Under the pieces are notes generated by a model. The model was not told the origin of the DNA, searched no databases, and saw nothing but the letters and a program-made list of their open reading frames with translations. A stretch of DNA of 64,000 bases from an uncultured Gilliamella sp. GTDB lineage: Bacteria > Pseudomonadota > Gammaproteobacteria > Enterobacterales > Orbaceae. Each line of letters opens with the position of its first letter. Within the stretch, counting starts at the first letter, position 1. The stretch is from assembly GCA_946480175.1 (NCBI GenBank), contig CAMLIK010000001.1, forward strand, positions 12,364 to 76,363, read 5' to 3'. Made by a program: the position numbers and the translations under genes. Positions 31,375 through 38,900 of the stretch are shown piece by piece.

Positions 31375-31450
31375 GGGTTGTTAGCTCAGTCGGTAGAGCA
31401 GTTGACTCTTAATCAATTGGTCGCGGGTTCGATCCCCTCACAACCCACCA
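31375..31450 (+). tRNA. tRNA-Lys (anticodon CTT); probable prophage integration site
   Basis: 76 nt GGGTTGT...ACAACCC-ACCA; D loop AGCTCAGTCGGTAGAGC; anticodon stem GTTGA-CTCTTAA-TCAAT; T loop GGTTCGATCC. Confidence 0.97.
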
Positions 31451-31464
31451 CTTAAAGACCATAA

Positions 31465-31477
31465 AATCAATAACTTA
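31465..31477 (+). promoter_or_regulatory. IHF site in the attL arm
   Basis: AATCAATAACTTA matches WATCAANNNNTTR; identical 13-mer on the minus strand at 63980-63992. Confidence 0.7.
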
Positions 31478-31514
31478 TCTATTATTTTTCCTTCCGATAA
31501 AATCTTAGAAAATA

Positions 31515-31537
31515 TTAAGTGGCGGTAAAATGGCGGT
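31515..31537 (+). repeat. 23-bp direct repeat, left copy; probable integrase arm-type sites (2x TGGCGGT)
   Basis: TTAAGTGGCGGTAAAATGGCGGT identical at 63894-63916. Confidence 0.8.
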
Positions 31538-31547
31538 GGATTTTTAT

Positions 31548-31571
31548 AAAAAAGCCGGTAACCCGGCTTTT
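31548..31571. terminator. Bidirectional terminator closing the accessory operon
   Basis: AAAAGCCGG-TAAC-CCGGCTTTT. Confidence 0.8.
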
Positions 31572-31576
31572 ATTTA

Positions 31577-31822
31577 TTAATGATATCTAATTCCACACAT
31601 TGCAGCGCATTTGATATATCTATCGATAGCTCTGTAAGGATCCTCTGGCAATGCGCCGTAATCTTTAGCAGATAGAAAAACAATGATTGTTCCCGGGATT
31701 TTTTCGCCGTTTGTTTCTGCGACTAATTTATAAGTTGAATTATTTCGATTGGTATAAACTGCGATTGATACGTTGTTTAAAGCCATTCTTGAGATGTAGT
31801 GCGAAAATTTAAAATTTTTCAT
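31577..31822 (-). CDS. Hypothetical 81-aa protein with its own strong promoter (anti-defence candidate)
   Basis: ORF with AAGGT RBS behind promoter module copy 1, ending at a terminator. Confidence 0.7.
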   Translation of the reverse strand: MKNFKFSHYISRMALNNVSIAVYTNRNNSTYKLVAETNGEKIPGTIIVFLSAKDYGALPEDPYRAIDRYIKCAAMCGIRYH

Positions 31823-31935
31823 AATTGTTACCTTTTAAGTAATTCTGGAATCTGCCAGATCAGGCGAGTTATTGCTTAACTCTGGAGCTATAATATAATG
31901 GCGCGCGTCATTAGTCAACAATTATTTTATCTTTT
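31820..31935 (-). promoter_or_regulatory. Promoter/leader module copy 1 (TTGACT-17-TATTAT, spacer palindrome, two leader hairpins, RBS)
   Basis: -35 at 31913-31918 and -10 at 31890-31895; imperfect direct repeat of 33756-33870. Confidence 0.8.
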
Positions 31936-32120
31936 TTTAATTTTTCTTTTAATAACTCTAATCCCTCAAAAATTGCTTTTTTTTGAGTTCCGCAAACCGC
32001 AGCTAATTTTTTTAGTAGTTCGCTTTCTTGTTCTGTCAAATATGTGCCCGGTAGGCGAGGGCGCCCGGCATTCCGATCACGGTATGCTTGTTCATTTTTG
32101 CGTTGCTTTTCTCTATTCAT
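31911..32120 (-). CDS. Small predicted ribbon-helix-helix DNA-binding protein (Aca-like regulator candidate)
   Basis: Basic N-terminus, then strand RLPGTYL, helix TEQESELLKKLAAVCG and helix TQKKAIFEGLELL; last gene of the operon. Confidence 0.55.
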   Translation of the reverse strand: MNREKQRKNEQAYRDRNAGRPRLPGTYLTEQESELLKKLAAVCGTQKKAIFEGLELLKEKLKKDKIIVD

Positions 32121-32382
32121 GTTTCAACTCTGTATCAAGTGAAAGATAACAATCATCGCCGGGCGATGATTGATAACGGTAAACGTATAACTTTTTGCTA
32201 TTGCAAGTCATTAATAAAAGATGCTTATTATCAAATTGCTTATTATACAATTGCCAAAATGCAGCTTTTGCAAGATCAAAGCTTGTTGTGTTTGTACGTG
32301 TTTCTAAAAGTATTTCACTTCCGCCTTTTCTTTGTTTTAATACATAAATTCGGTAAGTGTTTAAATCTTGAGGTGCAGCCAT
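32113..32382 (-). CDS. Hypothetical 89-aa protein
   Basis: Overlaps both neighbours, consistent with translational coupling. Confidence 0.65.
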   Translation of the reverse strand: MAAPQDLNTYRIYVLKQRKGGSEILLETRTNTTSFDLAKAAFWQLYNKQFDNKHLLLMTCNSKKLYVYRYQSSPGDDCYLSLDTELKHE

Positions 32383-33260
32383 TCTCGTCCTCTTAAGTCG
32401 TTGTAAAGTTCTGTTGTTGTACTGTACTTGTGTCCTAATAACACCTGTGTATTGATCCCTTGTTCTCGGTATAAGCGTTCCGCAAGCGATCTTATTTCAA
32501 AAAAAGACGGCGGGTTATAATCACGCCAGTAATCGGCGGGATATAACTCATTTCTTAATTTACAAAAATCACGGTTAACGCGCCAGTATTCCACGCGTTT
32601 ATTTTTATATTCTATAAAATAGTCTTTACCGCCAGATAGTTTTATGATGTCTCGCAATGACATATCAATTATATCTAATCGCAGATCTAATGGTAAAGCA
32701 ATTTTCCGACCGGGCGTTATCAGTTTTTTTACTCCGTCAATTTCTAGATATCGACGACCTTTTTGTTGATGAATGTATAAAAAATCATCCTTAATAAAAT
32801 AATCGTTTTGATTTGCACCCATAAATAGCGTGTCGCTAGGGCGCTGAGCTGTAATTATAGTTAGCATCAGCATATTATATAAATATTTGGGATAATCTTT
32901 TTTTGCTCTTTCTGCTAATGCTTGGAATTCATCAAATAATAATCTAGCCCGTTTTACTCTCTGAGTTGGGTATTTTAACGGCCAGATTGGATTATGATCA
33001 GTATGGCCATAAATCATCGCTTCGTTAAAAATATCTTTTAGTAATGAATGCATAGATTTAGCAGGACTTGGTTTATCAGCCAATACATATATATCAATTA
33101 TATTTTTCAAATCGATCGGTCTAACTTCAATTAAATCTAACTCGCCAATTTTATTGTTGATGATTTTTAAAAATCTTCGCTTTTCGACGACAGTTTGCGG
33201 GTGCAAGTTTTTTTTGGGTAAAATTTTATCATATTCTAATAGCCACTTTGAAACAATCAT
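32361..33260 (-). CDS. Lambda-Int-like tyrosine recombinase lacking the arm-binding domain
   Basis: TAQRPSD (R), QQKG (K), PPSFFEIRSLAERLY (H-to-F, R), LLGHK (H), TELYNDLRGREW (Y), echoing the lambda Int C-terminus. Confidence 0.85.
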   Translation of the reverse strand: MIVSKWLLEYDKILPKKNLHPQTVVEKRRFLKIINNKIGELDLIEVRPIDLKNIIDIYVLADKPSPAKSMHSLLKDIFNEAMIYGHTDHNPIWPLKYPTQRVKRARLLFDEFQALAERAKKDYPKYLYNMLMLTIITAQRPSDTLFMGANQNDYFIKDDFLYIHQQKGRRYLEIDGVKKLITPGRKIALPLDLRLDIIDMSLRDIIKLSGGKDYFIEYKNKRVEYWRVNRDFCKLRNELYPADYWRDYNPPSFFEIRSLAERLYREQGINTQVLLGHKYSTTTELYNDLRGREWLHLKI

Positions 33261-33758
33261 TTATTCGTCCCCCTCTGTTTTGACTTCAATTAGATTAAAA
33301 ATTTCATCTAATCCAACACTGGAAGGGAAATCTCGATCTGGTCGGTTGTAGTTCATTAGCGCCAATTTATCCAACCCCTTACTGACTAAATTTACTTTTC
33401 GTAATTGAAGGACTGCGTCTTCTATCACTTTTTGCGCTTCCCAAAAATCACTTTTAGCTGGCGCTCTGCGCGTTCTAATTGCTCGTGACATGATGCTGAT
33501 TGATTTTAAAATCAATTCGACATCAACAACTCTATTTAACTTTTCTTTTAATATTTCTTTTTTTTCTTCCGCTTCGCTTTTCACAGATTTATACTGTGAT
33601 TCTAATATTAGCAATTCACCTTGTTTATTATTAATTAAATCAAGGGCTTTCTGATACTTCTTGATTCGTCGTTGATGTAGTTCGATTTCGTGTTGTGCGG
33701 ATTTGATTAATGAATCTAAATGATCGATTGAGCTAGCTAATTGTTTAAATGTTGCCAT
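33261..33758 (-). CDS. Hypothetical 165-aa protein with N-terminal coiled coil (anti-defence candidate)
   Basis: First gene behind promoter module copy 2; stop codon abuts the recombinase ATG. Confidence 0.7.
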   Translation of the reverse strand: MATFKQLASSIDHLDSLIKSAQHEIELHQRRIKKYQKALDLINNKQGELLILESQYKSVKSEAEEKKEILKEKLNRVVDVELILKSISIMSRAIRTRRAPAKSDFWEAQKVIEDAVLQLRKVNLVSKGLDKLALMNYNRPDRDFPSSVGLDEIFNLIEVKTEGDE

Positions 33759-33870
33759 GATTTTTACCTTTTAAATAATTCTGGTAACCGCCAGATCGGT
33801 TGAGTTATTTTTAACTCTGAGGTAATAATATAATGACGCGCGCCACTAGTCAACAGTTATTTTACCTTTT
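33756..33870 (-). promoter_or_regulatory. Promoter/leader module copy 2
   Basis: -35 TTGACT at 33848-33853, -10 TATTAT at 33825-33830, 17-bp spacer; same hairpin stems and RBS as copy 1. Confidence 0.8.
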
Positions 33871-33944
33871 TCTAAAAAATAATGCGGTTTTGTGTATATA
33901 TTCAAATAAAACATATATTTGAAATAAAAAACTTAAAAAATCTA

Positions 33945-33989
33945 TTGAAAATAAAATAACTAATAAATATACTGTATAAAACAACAGTA
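33945..33989 (+). promoter_or_regulatory. LexA-repressed promoter of tum
   Basis: TTGAAA(33945)-17-TATACT(33968) overlapped by SOS box TACTGTATAAAACAACAGTA (33970-33989). Confidence 0.85.
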
Positions 33990-34178
33990 ATGGAGGTGCG
34001 AATGGATGAATTAACAATAAATGATATTAAAATAGAACGCGCAGAATTTGTCAGTAGATTAATGATTGATGCGGATTTGTCGGAACGAGACTTAAAAATA
34101 GGTTTGTGTTTACTGCATGAAATATTATTAAGGTCGATGAATACTCAGAAAGCGAATGCTGAAGGTAGCGGGGCATAG
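33990..34178 (+). CDS. tum: Tum-like SOS-inducible antirepressor (likely start ATG 34002)
   Basis: IERAEFVSRL...SERDLKIGLCLLHEI resembles the phage 186 Tum N-terminal domain; SOS box; GGAGG RBS. Confidence 0.75.
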   Translation: MEVRMDELTINDIKIERAEFVSRLMIDADLSERDLKIGLCLLHEILLRSMNTQKANAEGSGA

Positions 34179-34187
34179 CCCCGTTTT
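34168..34187. terminator. Hairpin between convergent tum and ogr
   Basis: GCGGGGC-ATA-GCCCCGT followed by TTT. Confidence 0.6.
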
Positions 34188-34395
34188 ATGCAGCGTGGTG
34201 CTTTGATGATAACGGGATATTAACTGAAGGATCGGGAATTGCACTAGGAACTATTGTTAGTGAAACTGATTGCAATACAACAAATGAATGACAACAGTAA
34301 ACATTAGTACATTGTCGATATTGCTTGCGCGTAATAGGGCTGATTTCTTCGCTTGTTCGAATTGTGGTTTTTGATTTGCAGTGCGGACATTTCAT
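34186..34395 (-). CDS. ogr: Ogr/Delta late transcription activator
   Basis: CPHC...RTS...QCTNVYC.HSF zinc finger. Confidence 0.92.
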   Translation of the reverse strand: MKCPHCKSKTTIRTSEEISPITRKQYRQCTNVYCCHSFVVLQSVSLTIVPSAIPDPSVNIPLSSKHHAA

Positions 34396-34468
34396 TGATT
34401 TTACACCTCTTTAGCTGTTGAACTAAATTAAACAGGATTTTAACACAATTCCCATTTTAATCAAAATG

Positions 34469-35551
34469 TTATTTATCTTTTTGTTCTTCTAATGGTATTT
34501 CATCATCTTGTAATTTTATTTCCAGCTCCACGAATGTAGTATATCCAGTTGCGCTATTTAGTGTGTGCGTGCATCTGGTGATTGTCCATAAAGTTGAATC
34601 AATCTCTTTTTTAAATCCGCTAACTTCAACCGGCATTTCTGGGTACATATCCGGGCGGCCCTCGGCTAGATTGATGCTAAATTGTGAAGCCCCTCGCTGT
34701 AATTTTTCCCACTCATTGCGAGCCGCTCTATATGCGTTTTGTTTACTGGCATATGTATGTCGTAATATTTTTACGTTACCGTCTGCGCCGACCAATACAC
34801 CATTGTCATTTGTTTGTTTATTCTGATTTTGTGTTTTATTCGGTTTTCTGGTGGCTTTTGCTTGTTGCTTTTTTTGTTGCCTATAATCAATCCAGTACGC
34901 TTTTACACCTGTATATGCTTTGCGATCAGCGATGGCAAATCGATGCTGATCACCAAGTTTTCTGGTAATTGTTGTCGTTGGTATATCTTTCCCATTTACT
35001 GTTTTTGCAATGCCTTTTTTGAACACTATTAGCATTCCATTTTTTAATGTTGCTGCGGCATTTAGATCATTACAGATGCGAGTTAAAAATGATGCGTCAG
35101 ACTCATTTGTTTGATCTAAATGTGTAATACTTTCATCGCCTAAATTTTTATCGATTCGATAGTCTAAATTATGGCGTTTTGCTATCTCTGCAACGATTGC
35201 GTGCAACGTAGTACTATCATAGCTTTTCTCGCGTTTTTCATTTAGCGAGTCACGAAGATTTGCGCTTTTGCCCCTGATTGATAGAACGTCGGGCGTGCCT
35301 GTGTGCTCGCACTCGTCAATGGTAAAAATATTTTGCAAAATTACATTGTCATTAAACCATCCCAGCGATACGCTAATTTCAATTCCTCGTTTTGGCAGCT
35401 CAAGGGCACCATCGCTATCATCTAATTCGATTGAGATTGAATCAGCGTCTAACCCTCGGTTTTCTGTAATTTGCATTGATATCAAGCGTTTGTCAAAATT
35501 AGAAGTTATATCCTTGTTATCAATACTAATTGTATAAGCGGGTTGTTTCAT
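34469..35551 (-). CDS. Tail/baseplate hub protein gpD
   Basis: P2 gpD motifs (LDDSDG, DQTNESDASFLTR); synteny. Confidence 0.9.
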   Translation of the reverse strand: MKQPAYTISIDNKDITSNFDKRLISMQITENRGLDADSISIELDDSDGALELPKRGIEISVSLGWFNDNVILQNIFTIDECEHTGTPDVLSIRGKSANLRDSLNEKREKSYDSTTLHAIVAEIAKRHNLDYRIDKNLGDESITHLDQTNESDASFLTRICNDLNAAATLKNGMLIVFKKGIAKTVNGKDIPTTTITRKLGDQHRFAIADRKAYTGVKAYWIDYRQQKKQQAKATRKPNKTQNQNKQTNDNGVLVGADGNVKILRHTYASKQNAYRAARNEWEKLQRGASQFSINLAEGRPDMYPEMPVEVSGFKKEIDSTLWTITRCTHTLNSATGYTTFVELEIKLQDDEIPLEEQKDK

Positions 35552-35964
35552 ATCATCCCTATGATGTCAGCAAACGGCAACCAGTCTGGCGGGTCAACCT
35601 TTGTTAGTGAAATGGTAAATTCAATTTTACGCGGAGCGCCATCTTTGAAAAATTCTGTTTTAGTTTTTTTTAGATTTGTCATTACAAAAAAACCAAGCGG
35701 AATCCCTGTTCCCTCTATCAATGGCCACGAATAACCTAAATCGGCCATTCTTTCAAGCCATGCCAAACTTAACCGGCCACCTGTCAGTTCTGGATATAAA
35801 ACTCCTGACAGCGTAATAGTTTCATTATCCCGTCCGATAAACTGTAATGCTGACCGTTGATTAACGCGTGAGTTAGCGGGGTAACGCCAATCCTTATTTT
35901 CTTCTGCAGCTTGATACGGTATTGTTTTTAAGCTGAAAACAAATAAGCCATAACACATCATCAT
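35548..35964 (-). CDS. Tail protein gpU
   Basis: MMM..G.FVFSL.T.PYQ, QFIG, ITLSGVLYPELTGG and DGAPRKIEF motifs. Confidence 0.92.
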   Translation of the reverse strand: MMMCYGLFVFSLKTIPYQAAEENKDWRYPANSRVNQRSALQFIGRDNETITLSGVLYPELTGGRLSLAWLERMADLGYSWPLIEGTGIPLGFFVMTNLKKTKTEFFKDGAPRKIEFTISLTKVDPPDWLPFADIIGMI

Positions 35965-35965
35965 A

Positions 35966-38900
35966 TTAATCGATATCCCTTAAACTGTTTCTGAATTGTG
36001 CTGAATGGTTGCGATCGCGGCGTTCAAGCTCTTTGATAACACATCGTGCAATATCTTGTTCGTTCATGCCGGGCGAGGCATTGATGGTGATGTAATATTG
36101 TGACGCATTAGAGGCTTGGCTAAGTGGTACGCGTTTATCAATAACAACGCCATTTGGGATCGAAGTAATCTTATTTGCGAATTTACTTAATACTTTTGTC
36201 GCCGCTGGATGGGTGCGATTAACACCTTTTATATAACCGTTAACTGTGTGGTCGCCAAATTTGGCAAATACTCGCGATGGTGAATGAATGTCTAATGATT
36301 TTTTGAATTGGTTACTAATCCCGTTGCCCAGTTGATGTATAAATTGCAGTGCGGTTGATTGTTTATTTTCAATACCCCGGACGTAACCATCAACCGTGTA
36401 TCCCCCGAATTTAGCGAATACGCGGGATGGTGAATGAATGTCTAATGATTTTTTAAATTTGCTACTTACGTTATTCCCAAGTTTATTGACCGCTTTTAAT
36501 GCGGTCGGTTGTCGCCGTTTAACGCCGCTAGTATAACCATCAACCGTAAATAAACCTAGCTTGGCTGTTGGTGATGCGTTCAATGCGGCTGCAAACCAAT
36601 TGCCCACGCTGGCACCGAATCCGCTAACGGCATTTTTTGTTTGAGACCACTTATCCGAAATACCATCTTTTAAATTGTCAGCGATGCTTTGCCCTTTTTT
36701 CTTCCATTCTGCGACAATTCCATCTTCACCAATCAATGCCTCTTTGAGCTCTTTAATTGTTTTCCCTATTCTCTCTGGAGTACCGGCAATGTAATCAATA
36801 ATTTCCTTTATTTTCAAAAATAAACTTTTGAATTTTAATAGTACCCATCGAACGGCTCCGCCTACCGTGCGACCGAACGATTTTCCGGCGTTTTTGGCTT
36901 CTTTTAGTTCTTTTTTTGTTGATTTTACCGGAGTAAATAAATCTTTAAACCATTTTGTTAATTCATCGATTTTTTTACCCAACCATTTAAAGGTATCACC
37001 AACGGCTTTGACAATAGGGTCGAGAAAAGAGAACTCCTCTCTAACCGGTTTTAATGCCTCTTTTAGCCCCTCCCAAAACCCTGAGAAAAAAGCTTCTAAT
37101 GGTTGCCAATATTTATAAATAGTGAGACCAACTGCAGCGATAGCACCCAAAATCCAACCAATGGGGCCAAGAACAACAAAAAGCCCCCTAAATGCAACAG
37201 ATATAATGCCGGGGATGCGAGAGAACGAAAATAATGTCCGCCCTAAACCCAAAAAAGCACTACCAAGAGCTCTAATCGGTGAACCTGCGAATAATAGGAA
37301 TCCTCGCCCCAGACTGGCGAATGATTTCACGGGTGAACGCGCTACAGTGATTAATGTTTTCCCTATACCGCCAATCCCTTTTTTTAATGATTTTATTGGT
37401 GAGCGCGTGAAATTTAATAACGTATTACCAACACCTTTAAATGCTCCGCCAAATTTTTTTGGGGCTTTAGATGTTTTTGCCAATGAACGACCCAAGGACT
37501 TAATGGCTGCACTGGTTCTTTTGAAGGGCGCGCCGACAAATGATAACATCGTTTTGATTAATGATTTGAATCCGCCGCGAGCAACTTTTGTTTTTATAAA
37601 TAACCCGCCAAATTCTAAGCCCACTCGCGATAATAAAAACCTTGTCATCAACATTGGGCCGAATACGGTCATTAAAACTAGCGCAAATGCACCAAATGCC
37701 GCACTGACGATTGCTATACCTGTACCCAGCATTACAATAGCTTTTGAGAGGGCGGGGTGTTTTTTGAGAAACTCTCCAATTTTATGCAATACGTGAGTTA
37801 ACCCGCGCACCGCATCACGTAACCATTCATTATTATTTTCAAATAACTCTACGCTAATATTTTCAAATGCCGCATGCAGCATTGTCATATCACCAGCGAG
37901 GTTATCCAGTTTTGTTTTAGCTACTCTTGCGGCTTCTCCATCATATTGACCCGGTTCTCCACGCATTGTTTTGAGATAGCCACTTTCAGCTTGGGTTAGT
38001 AAAACTTCAAATCCGGTTAGTCCGATTTGACCTGCAATTTGCTTATTTATACTTGCACGTTGCACGTTACCCATATGCTTAGTTGCTTCGGCGATCTCTG
38101 ACATAATGTCAATAACATCGCGCATATTACCGCTTTTATCGGCGACTTTAACGCCTAATTTTGCAACTGCGTTTGAGGTTCCCAATCTGACCAAAATCTG
38201 ACGTAAGGTCGTACCCGCTTGACTTCCTTGTATCCCAGCATTCCCCATCACAGCAGTTAACGTTGCAATTGTTGCAAAGCTTTGACCAAATGAGGCTCCG
38301 ACCCCAGCAGAATATTTAAGTGATTCGCCGAGCATAGGAATATCAACATTATTCCGGGTAAACATTGCCGTTAAAATATCAGCAACAAGATTCATTTTTT
38401 CTGCAGGTAAGCCCATTGCCATTTGAATATTAGACGCAATATCTGCTGTAGTTGCTAAATCGACGTCGCCGGCGGCTGAAAGATCTAACATACCAGGCAT
38501 GGCTTTTAAAATTTGCTCAGGCGTGTACCCAGTTCTACCGAGAAAATATTGGCCTTGTGCGACTTCGCTATCAGTAAATTTGGATATGAGTGGTAATTGT
38601 CTTGCTTGTTGCCTTAACGCCAACATCCTCGGATCGTTTTTATTATCAATTCTGGTAACGGCTTGAGTAGCGCTCATGCTGGCGTCAAATTCATAACCGA
38701 CATGAAGTAGGTTTTTTAATCCTCTAAACACAGTTCGGCCAGTTGATAGCGAGCCATACCCTACGGCGCCCAAAACCGCCGCACGTTGCATGCCGGCATC
38801 ATATTTTGTTCTGATTTGATTTAGTTTTGATTGACGTTGATTTAATTGTCGTAAACGCTCGGACTGTTGGTTAATGCTGTGATTTGTCGCTGTAATATTG

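Noticed and set aside
31515-31537. 23-bp terminal direct repeat as the att crossover core
   Set aside because: It is internally repetitive (2x TGGCGGT), lies 65 bp beyond the tRNA end, and has IHF sites on its outer side at both ends. This fits arm-type sites better; not fully excluded without the downstream sequence.
31898-32396. Plus-strand 83-aa and 102-aa ORFs in the accessory block
   Set aside because: They overlap the coupled minus-strand operon, which has the promoter, RBS and terminator support
32361-33260. Integrase of a separate satellite or second prophage
   Set aside because: No arm-binding domain and no primase or other satellite genes; it lies inside the att arms of the P2-like prophage, in mid-operon
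31820-33870. Leader hairpins as CRISPR repeats or solitary repeat units (RNA anti-CRISPR)
   Set aside because: Only two copies 1.9 kb apart, with no resemblance to the type I-C, I-E or I-F repeat sequences I know
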